Below, piece by piece: positions 9,063 through 19,570 of a stretch of 64,000 nt of DNA. The position numbers and the translations under genes are program-made. Source of the DNA: Candidatus Micrarchaeota archaeon (GTDB lineage: Archaea > B1Sed10-29 > JAJRYS01); assembly GCA_964643685.1 (NCBI GenBank), contig CAZXTN010000003.1, positions 15,895-79,894 of the forward strand, read 5' to 3'. Every line of letters starts with the position of its first letter. Position 1 is the first letter of the stretch. The notes beneath the pieces were generated by a model that was not told the origin of the DNA, searched no databases, and worked only from the letters and a program-made list of their open reading frames with translations.

Positions 9063-10355
9063 ATGGAAGCAAAAAAAGCTCAAGGAAGCTTAGAATACTT
9101 GATAATAATAGCTGCTGTGCTTGCAATAGCAGCAATAGTTATTTTATTTGTTACAGGAAGCTTCGGAGCAAGCAAGTCAAGCGCTGACGTTTCAAAATGC
9201 AAAATAGCTGCTGCTAAATGCAGCAATGAAAAAGCAACAAGCCAAGGAGCTCCATGCGATTACTGTGAAAGAGACTGTCCTGAACCGTTATGGGATGAAT
9301 GCAAAGCAGGTGAACCTGATAAGATTATAGGAGTTGAATGTGAAAAAACAAGCGACTGCAAGCAAAAAGAATGCAATACAGTTACCTGCACTGAAGAAGG
9401 TTACTGTGAATACGAACCAGTTGATGAGGGAATAGAATGCGGTGGAACAGGAGAATGCAAGTCAGGGGCATGTGTTTTTGAACCGAAAATTGAAAGTTTG
9501 TCTTTTCATTCAACTTCTAATCCTATAAATATTTTTGTAAAAGACAACTTGGCTTACGTGGCTGATGGTAGGTTTGGCTGGAAGATTTTCAATGTAACTG
9601 ACAAGCTAGATACCCCAAAACTTTTGTATATCCACAGCAATAATAATAAATTTGTTAGGAAGGTGTTTGTTGATAACAATAAGGGGTATGTTGCAGCAGC
9701 AGAAGAAGGGTGGAAAGTTTTTAATGCAAGCAAACAAGATGAAATTTATTCAAATGAAATAGCAAATAACGGCGTTGTTTATGATGTTTTTGCTGACAAT
9801 GATTACTCCTATGTAATAGCAAATAACAACTTATCTATCTTTAGAATGGATAAGATTCAAAAACCAGAATTAATAGGCTCTCTTGGAAACTCTTTTTCAG
9901 ATCCTTCTTTGTTTGTAAAAGGAAATTTTATTTACGTAACATCAGGCAATTATTTAAAAATTATTAATGCAACTGATAAGAGCAATTTGAAAATAATCTC
10001 TTCAGTTTATTTAAAATACTCAAGAGAAGTTTTTGTACAAGATGACTATGCTTACATTGCTAATGATAAAAATTTATCAATTGTCAGAATAACAGATAAA
10101 ACAAATCCAGTTTTAATAAAATCAATTCAGCTTAATGGATACAAGGCTCAGGGAGTATTTGTATCTGGGCAATATGTTTATATCTCCGATGATAATGGAG
10201 GAGTAAAAGTGATTAACATCGAAGACAAAAATAATCCAAAACAGATAACAGAATGGAGCATAAGCAGCGTCTTGCATAGTTTTGTAAAATACCCTTATAT
10301 TTATTCAATATCAGCAACTAAAGGCCTTCATGTTGGTAAAATTGAAAACTTTTAA
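9063..10355 (+). CDS. class III signal peptide (pilin-like) protein with Cys-rich linker and LVIVD-repeat beta-propeller
   Basis: KKAQGSLEYLIIIAAVLAIAAIV; repeated V.V.G.YAY.A....L.I..I.D..NP. Confidence 0.8.
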   Translation: MEAKKAQGSLEYLIIIAAVLAIAAIVILFVTGSFGASKSSADVSKCKIAAAKCSNEKATSQGAPCDYCERDCPEPLWDECKAGEPDKIIGVECEKTSDCKQKECNTVTCTEEGYCEYEPVDEGIECGGTGECKSGACVFEPKIESLSFHSTSNPINIFVKDNLAYVADGRFGWKIFNVTDKLDTPKLLYIHSNNNKFVRKVFVDNNKGYVAAAEEGWKVFNASKQDEIYSNEIANNGVVYDVFADNDYSYVIANNNLSIFRMDKIQKPELIGSLGNSFSDPSLFVKGNFIYVTSGNYLKIINATDKSNLKIISSVYLKYSREVFVQDDYAYIANDKNLSIVRITDKTNPVLIKSIQLNGYKAQGVFVSGQYVYISDDNGGVKVINIEDKNNPKQITEWSISSVLHSFVKYPYIYSISATKGLHVGKIENF

Positions 10356-10414
10356 TTTTTGAAACCGCTTTTTTACAAATTATTAAAAAGGATTGTTTAC
10401 TTAACTATTTTTTA

Positions 10415-10888
10415 ATGTTGTTTAAAGATGCTTTGAAAAAAAGCAGGGGAGTTGAAGAAGTTAGTGCTTTGAATGAAAGCAGTGACAAGGAATTGACTGC
10501 TGCAATGGCTATTTTAAAGCCAGGAGTTTATGAAGTGCATGAATGGATTTTCATGTATTATAATGGAAAAGAAAATAAAACAACGCAAGTAGTGGTTACT
10601 GAACAAGGCGTTGAAGTGAAGAACCCTGAACAGCCTTTAAAACCAAGCACTGTTGCTCTTGATTTAAGTAAAGTTAAAACAAATTCAGATAATATGATTA
10701 AAAAAGCAGTTGATGAATTTAAAAAATACAAGAAGCCGTTAAGCCAAGTGATTATTAATTTGACACAAGAAGAAAAGCCTGTTTGGAGGTTCAGTTTTAT
10801 TACAAAAAGCTTGGAAGTAGTGACAATCAAAATCAATGCAGAAACAGGCGAAGTTTTAGATAAAAAGATACAAGCGTTAACTAAATAA
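10415..10888 (+). CDS. hypothetical protein with C-terminal PepSY-like segment
   Basis: PVW.F......I.INA.TGEVL. Confidence 0.65.
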   Translation: MLFKDALKKSRGVEEVSALNESSDKELTAAMAILKPGVYEVHEWIFMYYNGKENKTTQVVVTEQGVEVKNPEQPLKPSTVALDLSKVKTNSDNMIKKAVDEFKKYKKPLSQVIINLTQEEKPVWRFSFITKSLEVVTIKINAETGEVLDKKIQALTK

Positions 10889-10889
10889 A

Positions 10890-11013
10890 AGACAGCTAAG
10901 CGAAGCGCATGCTGTCTACAGGGGAATCAGAAACTCCCTAGAAATCAATCGCCTAAAGACTCAAACGTTTTTCCTTAACAGGAAAAACTGAGAGGGGCAG
11001 CCAGCCCCCTGCG
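10890..11013 (+). repeat. family-A palindromic element copy 1
   Basis: AGACAGCTAAGCGAAGCGCATGCTGTCT...AAACTGA..GGGGCAGCCAGCCCCCTGCG; near-identical ends to 63827-63907. Confidence 0.9.
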
Positions 11014-11019
11014 TTTCGG

Positions 11020-11406
11020 TTAGATTTTCTTGTCTTCTCCGAATTTTTCATCCAAGTCCCTTTTGATTGAATTGCAGTCTGCAATAATCACGTCAAGGTG
11101 CTTAGTCATTCTGTCTTTTTCTTTTTCAATTTCTTTTGCTTTCCTGTATGGCTTTGAAGCTTCTTTGAACATCCTGTAGTCAAGCATTGCGTAAGGATAC
11201 TCGTTCATTTTTTTGGTTACGTCATCTACTATTTCAGCAAGAAATTGATTCATTGCAATCTTTACTTCTTTTTTAATCATTTTGCCTGAATCAATGTGTT
11301 TTTTCATTTCCCTTACAATAGTTGCTGTTGGAAAAACCAAGTCAAGCTTGTCATCTTCAACTTCGTCTTCGACAACTTCGTCAATTTTTTCATCTAAATC
11401 AGCCAT
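11020..11406 (-). CDS. histone-fold protein (NF-YB/HAP3-like) with acidic N-terminus
   Basis: LVFPTATIVREMK......MI.KE...A...FL..I...V....., D...A; GGAGTGA RBS. Confidence 0.65.
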   Translation of the reverse strand: MADLDEKIDEVVEDEVEDDKLDLVFPTATIVREMKKHIDSGKMIKKEVKIAMNQFLAEIVDDVTKKMNEYPYAMLDYRMFKEASKPYRKAKEIEKEKDRMTKHLDVIIADCNSIKRDLDEKFGEDKKI

Positions 11407-11539
11407 TCAAATTCACTCCTCCAATTTAATGAAGCTGCTTAAAACTATGCAAGCAACTTTTTTTTAAGCAAAAATCAGCGCGCTTCCACGCTTACTATAA
11501 TTTAAAACAATTGACGTATATAAACCTGATTGCTTTTGC

Positions 11540-12703
11540 TTATGCTGATTCCACTACTTTTTTCAATTCCTCTGCTTTGTTTGTCTTCTCCCAAGTGAAC
11601 TCAGGTTCTTCTCTTCCAAAATGCCCGTAAGCAGCTGTCTTCAAGTAAATCGGGCGAAGCAAGTCAAGTTCTTGAATTATTTCCTTTGGCTTGAGTTTGA
11701 AGACTTTTTTCACTGCTTCAACAAGCCTTTCATCGCTTGCTTTTCCAGTGCCGAAAGTATTAACATAAATGGACACTGGTTCAGCTACTCCGATTGCATA
11801 AGCTAACTGCACTTCGCATTTGTCAGCTAACCCGGAAGCAACAATGTTTTTCGCAATGTATCTTGCCATGTATGAAGCGCTTCTGTCTACTTTTGAAGGG
11901 TCTTTTCCTGAAAAAGCGCCTCCGCCGTGGCTTCCTACCCCTCCGTAAGTGTCTACTATTATTTTTCTTCCAGTGACTCCAGTGTCTCCAGGTGGTCCTC
12001 CTATTACGAATTTTCCAGTTGGGTTAATGTAGTACTTTGTGTTTTCATCAATCCATTCTCCGCAAACAGGCTTGATTAATTTTTCAATCAAAGTTTTTTC
12101 AATTTCATCATGTGAAACTTCAGGGTCATGCTGGGTTGAAACTACAATTGCTTCAACTCTTTTTGGCTTGCCTTCTTCATATTCTACAGTCACTTGTGCT
12201 TTGCCGTCTGGACGAAGCCATTTAATTTCGCCTGTTTTTCTCAGACGTGCAAGGCTGTAAGTTAGCTTGTGAGCTAAGTATATTGGAAGGGGCATTAGAA
12301 CAGGTGTTTCGTTTGATGCATAGCCGAACATGAGCCCTTGGTCCCCTGCTCCTTGTTCTTCAAACAAGCCTTGGCCTTCACTTACTCCTTGTGAAATGTC
12401 AGGGCTTTGCTCGTGCAATGAAACCAGGACGCTGCAGTCATCTGCGTTAAAGCCGTATAATGGGTTGTCGTATCCTATTTTTTTCAAAACTTCTCTGACT
12501 GTTTTTTGAATGTCAACATGCGCTTCTGTAGTGACTTCTCCTGCCACTACGATTAAGCCGGTGGTTGTGAGTGTTTCAACTGCTACTCTTGAATTAATGT
12601 CTTTTTCAAGCAAAGCATCTAAAATAGCATCTGAAATTTGGTCGCATACTTTGTCAGGATGCCCTTCTGTAACAGATTCTGAAGTGAACAAGTAATTAGT
12701 CAC
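11540..12703 (-). CDS. metK: S-adenosylmethionine synthetase, bacterial/eukaryal type
   Basis: [41 protein letters not shown]. Confidence 0.97.
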   Translation of the reverse strand: MTNYLFTSESVTEGHPDKVCDQISDAILDALLEKDINSRVAVETLTTTGLIVVAGEVTTEAHVDIQKTVREVLKKIGYDNPLYGFNADDCSVLVSLHEQSPDISQGVSEGQGLFEEQGAGDQGLMFGYASNETPVLMPLPIYLAHKLTYSLARLRKTGEIKWLRPDGKAQVTVEYEEGKPKRVEAIVVSTQHDPEVSHDEIEKTLIEKLIKPVCGEWIDENTKYYINPTGKFVIGGPPGDTGVTGRKIIVDTYGGVGSHGGGAFSGKDPSKVDRSASYMARYIAKNIVASGLADKCEVQLAYAIGVAEPVSIYVNTFGTGKASDERLVEAVKKVFKLKPKEIIQELDLLRPIYLKTAAYGHFGREEPEFTWEKTNKAEELKKVVESA

Positions 12704-12706
12704 TTT

Positions 12707-12946
12707 TCAGAACACCTCCTTTTCTATTTCGCAGTCATAACCTTCTTCTTTGACAATGTCTCTTATTCTCATTTCAAAAAAGTCAGTTTCCTTATGCTGC
12801 TTAAGGGTAACATAAACTCTTTTATTATCTTCGTTGATTTCAATGTTTTCAATTAAGCCTAGAGCGACAACGCTGTTTCCTTCAATGTCTCTTATTTCTT
12901 GAAACTCGTTCATTAAGTAATCCTTGTTAAGCATGAAAAAAATCAC
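12707..12946 (-). CDS. DUF59/Fe-S assembly-like small protein
   Basis: I.D.....VV.LGLI..I.I......V.V.L pattern. Confidence 0.5.
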   Translation of the reverse strand: MIFFMLNKDYLMNEFQEIRDIEGNSVVALGLIENIEINEDNKRVYVTLKQHKETDFFEMRIRDIVKEEGYDCEIEKEVF

Positions 12947-12954
12947 TTATTAAT

Positions 12955-14886
12955 TTAAAAAATAAACTTGAGGAGAATGACAATCATTACAAGAATAGCA
13001 ACTGCAAGGGCTACAATCATTAAAGCTTCTAAACTGAATTCAGGCACTTCAAATTTTTCCTTGTAGAAATTCACGTCAAACTCGTAAGAGTAATGAGCGT
13101 TGACAAAACCGGTTTCAAAGCCTTGCAAGTCAATCTTGTAAACTCCTTCATCATTAGGATAGAATATTGATTCATAAAGTCCTGTTTGTTCATTTTGACT
13201 GAAGTCCGCTTTAATAGTCCTGCCTGACGGCTCGACAATGCTTCCTATGACAAGGGCTCCTGGTACAGAACGGTTTTCTTCATCAAGCAAGTCAACTTTA
13301 ATTAAAACACCTTTTGACTTGTTCAATTCAATTGACTCGTTTTCATAAGGAGAAACAATTGAAAAATTAAGCACATGAGGGCTTATTTGAAAACTTGTTT
13401 CAGCAACTGCTGTCAAATCCAAGTACTTGGCAACTGCTTTCAAGGAATAGTCACCGCTTGAAAGACGAGGAGTTGAATAAGCATATTCTCCATAAGAGTC
13501 ATAACTCATTTCATGCTTCTCGTCATTCAAGAAAATATAAACAGAGGCATTAGGCAACCTAACGTCGTTGTAAAGAACTAAAGTTCTTATGTTCAAGCTG
13601 CTGTTTTCAACATAAACTTCAGGCAAAGGGCTTAAAATGTTTACAGTGAAATTTTCAACTTCAGCTAATTGAGTTGAATTGCCAACAATCAAGAAAATTG
13701 TTTTGACTGCTTTTTCATTTCCCTTCTCTAAGTGGAATTCAACAGAGTAATCACCTGACTCGTTGAAGAAATAAGAAGCTTCATAAGAGAACCTGCCTGC
13801 AGTCATTTCAACTGAGTCATAATCCTCTCCATAACGCTTGATTTTCATAACTGCGTCAGCGTCGCTGATAAGCAAGCCCCTCTCGTCAAAAAAATTAACT
13901 TCAAAACTGACGCTTGAATTCAAGGAATAATTAAACACACCTGGCTCAACCAAGTAAATACTCGGCCCATTTGAAATGGAATTTTCAGACTGTGTTTCAG
14001 AAACAGAAACAGGCACATCCTTAACCAAGTCAAAATCATTGTATTTGATTTCAACAGCAAGGGAATAATTTCCGCTTGTAACATTCAAAGGAATAAAGCC
14101 CTTAAAAGCACCTGGGTAATACAAGCTAAGCTTCTGCTGGTTGAAGACAAAACCGCTTGAATTAACAAGCTTCACAACCCCTGTTCCGCTTCTAATGTTC
14201 TTGCTTCCATAAACAAAAACTGCTTCTACATAAGCAACAGCATCTTTTTTGAAAACAGTGTTTTCCTGTGGGGAATAAACATTAATGAAAGCAGTTTTTC
14301 CCTCATCAACGCTTAAAGAACAAAAAGCATGCCTGTGTGAATCGCTGAAAACAGCGTCAAAGTCAATGTCATAATCGCCTGCAGGGAGCTTCAAGTACTT
14401 TGAAAAATGGCAGTCAACTCCTTTGTCCATTTTATAAGAACCTCCGTTAAACCTCATGAAAACACTGGCATCCTGGCAAAAGCCGTTGTCATTCGCGCTT
14501 GCTTCAAACTTGTACAAGCCAGTTTCTTCGTCAAAAACAGGTGGCTTGACATTCAAATAAGTTGAAACCAAGCCATTGTCAGTTAAAACTAACTTTTTAA
14601 TAACAGAGTCATTCACGCCGTCAGCATCAGTGACAGTTAAATTAACTATATGCTCACCTGGCTCTGAAAAAACAATCTGAAAATGCTCGTCAGAATGCTG
14701 TTCAATGCCGTCAATGCTCCAGATGTAATCAACAGCATCAATGGAATTGCTTGCATCAAAGTAAATTCTTAAAGGAGCATCGCCTGACACTGGGTTGAAA
14801 GTAAAATCAGCAACTGGCTTAGCTAATACAAAAGAAACTAGAAACAAAAACACTGCTAAAATTTTCAAAAACTTCACTGCAATCAC
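12955..14886 (-). CDS. secreted PKD/Ig-like repeat protein with C-terminal membrane anchor
   Basis: Signal peptide, P.ADFTF.P..G.APL...FDAS.S...Y.W...F..PG...V.LTVTD; C-terminal TM. Confidence 0.8.
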   Translation of the reverse strand: MIAVKFLKILAVFLFLVSFVLAKPVADFTFNPVSGDAPLRIYFDASNSIDAVDYIWSIDGIEQHSDEHFQIVFSEPGEHIVNLTVTDADGVNDSVIKKLVLTDNGLVSTYLNVKPPVFDEETGLYKFEASANDNGFCQDASVFMRFNGGSYKMDKGVDCHFSKYLKLPAGDYDIDFDAVFSDSHRHAFCSLSVDEGKTAFINVYSPQENTVFKKDAVAYVEAVFVYGSKNIRSGTGVVKLVNSSGFVFNQQKLSLYYPGAFKGFIPLNVTSGNYSLAVEIKYNDFDLVKDVPVSVSETQSENSISNGPSIYLVEPGVFNYSLNSSVSFEVNFFDERGLLISDADAVMKIKRYGEDYDSVEMTAGRFSYEASYFFNESGDYSVEFHLEKGNEKAVKTIFLIVGNSTQLAEVENFTVNILSPLPEVYVENSSLNIRTLVLYNDVRLPNASVYIFLNDEKHEMSYDSYGEYAYSTPRLSSGDYSLKAVAKYLDLTAVAETSFQISPHVLNFSIVSPYENESIELNKSKGVLIKVDLLDEENRSVPGALVIGSIVEPSGRTIKADFSQNEQTGLYESIFYPNDEGVYKIDLQGFETGFVNAHYSYEFDVNFYKEKFEVPEFSLEALMIVALAVAILVMIVILLKFIF

Positions 14887-15030
14887 TTTAAATAATTAAG
14901 AAAAAACACTAATAAAAAACTACTTATTTATGAAAAGCCCCATGCAAAAAGCTCTAGAACAGGTTAAAATATGAAGTTTTGAAGCTGTTTCTTTAATGTT
15001 TTTAAACTAATAACTCTAAAAGAAAAAGCA

Positions 15031-16884
15031 ATGAATCAGAAACTCAAAGATGAAAAAATAAAAGTAGTCAAACTAACCAAGTACTTAAGGTCACTGCCTT
15101 CAACAAAACAAGCTTACTTCTTAATCATCTTAACTTCAATAGTAATTGGAATAGCAAGCCACTACATACTTACCAGAAGCATAAGCCCAATAGATTCCCT
15201 AAAAGCAGGCACAATAATAGGACTGATTTTTCTAGGATTGCCTACAATAACAACTGCAATACTGACAACAACAATGACGCTTAAAACAAAAGCAAAAATA
15301 GACTTTAAAGAATCAGTCTACCTAGCAACAGCAGGAATGCTTATCATAACAATACCTTACTTGATTGGAATATGGCTTTCAACTTCAAACACCCTCTACC
15401 TCATTGACTTGCTTATATTCGGCTACTCAGCAATATTCCTAATAAGAGTAATTACAATAATACTAATCACCCCAAACGGGATAATAAAATCAACACCAAT
15501 CGCCTTAATCCAGCCACTCGCAGGATTCCTTTTCATTTCAACAATAACAGCAGTAAACACAGTATACACCCTCATACCAATGCCGCAGATAAACATATTC
15601 ACATTCACTGCAAAATCACTAATAAGCCTGGCAATAATGGTTGGAAGCACAATACTCCTGATAAAAGCAATCGACGCGCCGATGAAAAAAAACTTCGGCA
15701 TAAAATCAACAACACTTACCAGAGCTTTCCTCGCCCACTGGCTGAACAACTCCCTTGACATAGAAGAAAAAATGGCACCTTCAACAGAAAAAATAAACGC
15801 CTTAATAGGAATCATAACATTCAAGGCAAAAAACAAAATAAAAGCAGTGCTGATAACCCCTTACCTGCACCCAGGGCCATTCGCAGAAATAGCAGGAGCA
15901 AAAATAGCAAAAGAACTGACAAAAATAGACAAAGACCTAAACACCACTACCCTCGTGGCACACGGAACAGCAACCCACGACTTAAACCCAATGAGAACAG
16001 AAGACCTGCCTAAAATAAGAAAAACAATAACCCAGAAAATCAAAGCAATGAAATTCAAAAAAGAAAAAATGTCATTTGAAAAAGCAGAGACAAAAAACGC
16101 TGAAATGACAGGCGCGTCATTCGGAGACAACGTGTTCATGGCATCTTCTTTTTACCCGAAAGCAACAGAAGACATTGACTTGTCAATAGGAAAAAACATA
16201 ATGAGCAAAATGGAAAAAAACTTCACAAACGCCATTTACGCAGACGCGCATAATTGCAACAGGGACGGGCACTTCACAGTATTTTCAGGAGACCCTAGAA
16301 CAGCTTACCTTGAAGAAGCAGCAGAACAGCTAAGCAGAAAGCTGCTGAAAGCAAAAAAAGAAAACTTTCAAGTAGGAGTAAGCGCAGTTAAAATCAAAAA
16401 CTACTCAGAAAAAGAAGGCTTGGGGACAGCAGGCATAAGAACCCTTCTTTTCAAAACACAATCAGGAAAAAAATACGCTTTCATAATAATAGACGCTAAC
16501 AATTTGAAAGGCAACTTGAGAAAAACAATCCTCGATGAAGCCAAAAAACAAGGAATAGAAAAAGCAGAGGTAATGACAACAGACTCGCATACAGTAAACA
16601 ACATTCAAGGAGTATACAACCCGTTCGGAGAAAGAATACCATTGAATGAAATCAAAAAAGCAATAAGAAAAGGAATTGAAGAAGCTGAAAAAAACCTGGA
16701 GCAAGCAGAAGTAAGCGTGGAAAAAATAAAAGTCCCTGGAATAAGAGTGCTTGGAATGCAAAGAGCAAGCGAATTAATAGCAACTATAAATTCAATAGTT
16801 TCTTCAATGACAATACTAGGGCCTTTCGTCCTGGCAAGCGGAATACTGCTTTCGCTTCTGTCAATATTAATAATAACATGGTGA
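15031..16884 (+). CDS. DUF2070 family membrane protein
   Basis: N-terminal TMs; HPGPF, HG.ATHDLNP, DAHN, DANN, TTDSH. Confidence 0.85.
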   Translation: MNQKLKDEKIKVVKLTKYLRSLPSTKQAYFLIILTSIVIGIASHYILTRSISPIDSLKAGTIIGLIFLGLPTITTAILTTTMTLKTKAKIDFKESVYLATAGMLIITIPYLIGIWLSTSNTLYLIDLLIFGYSAIFLIRVITIILITPNGIIKSTPIALIQPLAGFLFISTITAVNTVYTLIPMPQINIFTFTAKSLISLAIMVGSTILLIKAIDAPMKKNFGIKSTTLTRAFLAHWLNNSLDIEEKMAPSTEKINALIGIITFKAKNKIKAVLITPYLHPGPFAEIAGAKIAKELTKIDKDLNTTTLVAHGTATHDLNPMRTEDLPKIRKTITQKIKAMKFKKEKMSFEKAETKNAEMTGASFGDNVFMASSFYPKATEDIDLSIGKNIMSKMEKNFTNAIYADAHNCNRDGHFTVFSGDPRTAYLEEAAEQLSRKLLKAKKENFQVGVSAVKIKNYSEKEGLGTAGIRTLLFKTQSGKKYAFIIIDANNLKGNLRKTILDEAKKQGIEKAEVMTTDSHTVNNIQGVYNPFGERIPLNEIKKAIRKGIEEAEKNLEQAEVSVEKIKVPGIRVLGMQRASELIATINSIVSSMTILGPFVLASGILLSLLSILIITW

Positions 16885-16891
16885 AAAAAAA

Positions 16892-18013
16892 ATGAAAATT
16901 GGGTATTTTACTGAAACTTACTTGCCTCAGACAAACGGAGTTGTTGAGTCAATAAACAACCTCGGGCAGGAGCTTGTTAAACGAGGACATGAAGTGCATA
17001 TTTTCGCGCCTAATCCAGGAATAAAAGAATACAAAGGAATGAAAATACACCCTGTTCCAGGCATAAACTTCAAGCCTTACCCTGATTACAAAATAGCAAT
17101 ACCTATAAAAGTAAAAGTGCCTGAACTTGACATCGTGCATACCCACGGGCCTTTTTCAATGGGAGTATACGGGCTTTACATAGCTAAAAAGCAACGCATA
17201 CCAGCAGTGTCAACTTACCATACTCTCTTGTCAGAATACGTTGATTATGTTTCAAGGCACTGGCAGAAAGTAACTAAAAAAATAGCAGAGGAGTACTGCG
17301 AGTATCACTACAGAAGATATGATTCTTTAATTACGCCAAGCAGTTACATGAAACAAAGCCTTTCAAAAAAACTGCAGTTGAAAACAACTGTAATTCCAAC
17401 GCCCATCAAAAACCTGAAGCCAGTGGCAAACGCGAAGAAAAAACTAGGACTGCAGAAATACAAGAGAGTTTACTTGCATTTAGGAAGAATAAGCCCTGAG
17501 AAAAGCATTGACGTCATACTAAAAGCAGTTCCTTTATTCGTGGAAGAAAATGAAATCCTGTTAATTGCAGGCAAAGGGCCTGAACTTCCAAAGCTTAAAA
17601 AACTCGCAAAAGAACTTAAGCTTGGGAAAAAAGTCAAATTCCTCGGCTACGTGCCTGAAGAACTGAAAACAACTTATTACTCAGCAGCTGACTTGTTCAT
17701 AACAGCTTCTAAAAGCGAAACAGAAGGACTTGTAGTCATTGAAGCGCAGGCATGCGGAACTCCTGTAATAGCACCTGAAGCAACAGCAATGCCTGAATTA
17801 ATAACAGAAGGCAAAAACGGGTACTTGTTCACGCCTGACAATTACAAGGAACTGGCAAGAGCAATCAATTTCCACAAGTTTCCTAAGACAATGAAAAAAG
17901 AAGCAGTTAAAAAAGCAAGGCAGTACAGCATTAAAAAATCAGCAGACAAGCTTGAAAAACTATATGAAAAAGCAATCAAGCAAAAGAAAAAGAAAAAATT
18001 TTACTTCTTTTAA
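16892..18013 (+). CDS. GT4 glycosyltransferase
   Basis: FTETYLPQTNGV, GR...EK, ETEGLVVIEAQACG. Confidence 0.92.
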   Translation: MKIGYFTETYLPQTNGVVESINNLGQELVKRGHEVHIFAPNPGIKEYKGMKIHPVPGINFKPYPDYKIAIPIKVKVPELDIVHTHGPFSMGVYGLYIAKKQRIPAVSTYHTLLSEYVDYVSRHWQKVTKKIAEEYCEYHYRRYDSLITPSSYMKQSLSKKLQLKTTVIPTPIKNLKPVANAKKKLGLQKYKRVYLHLGRISPEKSIDVILKAVPLFVEENEILLIAGKGPELPKLKKLAKELKLGKKVKFLGYVPEELKTTYYSAADLFITASKSETEGLVVIEAQACGTPVIAPEATAMPELITEGKNGYLFTPDNYKELARAINFHKFPKTMKKEAVKKARQYSIKKSADKLEKLYEKAIKQKKKKKFYFF

Positions 18014-18028
18014 AAATTAAAAAAAAAA

Positions 18029-19189
18029 TCAATTCAAAAACTGTTCATATACTTCTTCAACTTGCTTTCCTACAACACTCCAATCAAAGTTCTTTTTAAC
18101 TCTTTCATAAGCTTCTTTTGCCTTCTTTTTCCTTAACTTTGAATCAGACAAATATTTTTCAATAGCTTTACGTAGGGCTTCTGAATCCCGGGAAGGAACC
18201 ATTAAAGCAGTATCAGCTAAAACCTCTGGAATGCCCCCTACATTTGTTGAAACAACAGGAGTTTCAGCAGCCATTGCCTGAATCAACACAATTCCAAACG
18301 GCTCATGCAAGCTCGGCAAAACAAACACGTCAGCAGCTGAATACAATTCAACCATCTCCTCTTCAGTCAACCTCTCTGGCTTAAGAGTCACCCTGCCTTT
18401 CAATTCACGCGAAGACATTAACTTCCTTATCTTATTCTCATAATCAAAACCGCTTGCATCAAACCTTCCTTTAATAATTAAATGAAAATCAAAGTCAAGC
18501 CCCTTCACAGCTTCTAATAAGTATTCTATTCCTTTCTGTGGCACGAGACGCGCGTCAGTCAATAACAAAAACTCTGCACCAACTTCATCTTTTAAATTAG
18601 TTTTTCTCCTCTTCCAATTTTTCACATAAATTCCGTTATAAGCAACGCCTGTCTGTTTTTTAGGGTAATTTTTTGGAACAGTCACGTCAAGCGAATACTG
18701 CGAGTTAGCGAAAATGAAATCTGTTCTTCTCATTAAAAAATTGCCAAACAAGTCGTCAAACAAGCCTCCGAAAAAATTCGTCTGCCAGTTAATGTCTTCA
18801 GGACGGGAGTTATGAATTGTTAAAAACAGCTTTTTATGAAGCAGTTTTTTATGAAGCAGTAAGGGGTAATAGCTCAGGAAGTACCTTGAATGCAAGTGAA
18901 TGAAGTCAGGGTTGATTTTTTTCAACAACTTGTAACCAGTGTAGGTATAGCCGATTGGATGAGCGTAAGGAGGAGGAAGCAGGGCAGGCAACTTGTATAA
19001 TATGATGCTGTTGAGGCGGTGTACGTTTATGCCGAACAAGTTCTCTTCTTTTGCTTGTCCTTTTTCACGGGAGCATATGACGTCAACTTCATGTCCTTTG
19101 CTTACGAGGTATTTTGACAAGTCAAGGACGTAATTTTCAGTGCCTCCTCTGAAGGGGTAAAAAAATGGGTTGACCATTGTGATATGCAT
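18029..19189 (-). CDS. GT4 glycosyltransferase
   Basis: FYPFRGGTE, RL..QKG, EPFGIVLIQAMA. Confidence 0.92.
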   Translation of the reverse strand: MHITMVNPFFYPFRGGTENYVLDLSKYLVSKGHEVDVICSREKGQAKEENLFGINVHRLNSIILYKLPALLPPPYAHPIGYTYTGYKLLKKINPDFIHLHSRYFLSYYPLLLHKKLLHKKLFLTIHNSRPEDINWQTNFFGGLFDDLFGNFLMRRTDFIFANSQYSLDVTVPKNYPKKQTGVAYNGIYVKNWKRRKTNLKDEVGAEFLLLTDARLVPQKGIEYLLEAVKGLDFDFHLIIKGRFDASGFDYENKIRKLMSSRELKGRVTLKPERLTEEEMVELYSAADVFVLPSLHEPFGIVLIQAMAAETPVVSTNVGGIPEVLADTALMVPSRDSEALRKAIEKYLSDSKLRKKKAKEAYERVKKNFDWSVVGKQVEEVYEQFLN

Positions 19190-19259
19190 GCTAGAATTAA
19201 AGAAAAAAGAGTTTAATAAAAGTAACTAAAAAGAGATTTAAAAAAAGGAAGGTGTTTTG

Positions 19260-19499
19260 TTAATGCTGTACTACTATTATGTCTTTGACTGACTTTACTC
19301 TCTTGTATAGCACGCTTTTCTTTTGAAGTATTTTAGACGCGTCTGTTTTAGAACTAGCCAAGCTTCTGATCGGCTCAGTGGTTATTCTAATGACTTCTCC
19401 TTTTTCCAAGTCAATTATGAAGTCATTGGCTCTGCCTAAATAAGCTCCATTAGTGTCATAAATTCCTAAGCCGTACATTTTTGAAACAGCGTAACTCAT
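19260..19499 (-). CDS. PRC-barrel protein
   Basis: S.M.G..IY...G.YLG...D.IID...G.V; V.SVKDIIVV. Confidence 0.85.
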   Translation of the reverse strand: MSYAVSKMYGLGIYDTNGAYLGRANDFIIDLEKGEVIRITTEPIRSLASSKTDASKILQKKSVLYKRVKSVKDIIVVQH

Positions 19500-19570
19500 G
19501 ATTTAATTTTAACACGTAATTCATTTAAAAAGTTAATGCTTTATTAATGCTTGATGCGAGGTAAAAAGCA

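Noticed and set aside
10860-11040. DKKI peptide near the ends of both genes flanking family-A copy 1
   Set aside because: Opposite strands, only 4 residues; not a direct duplication.
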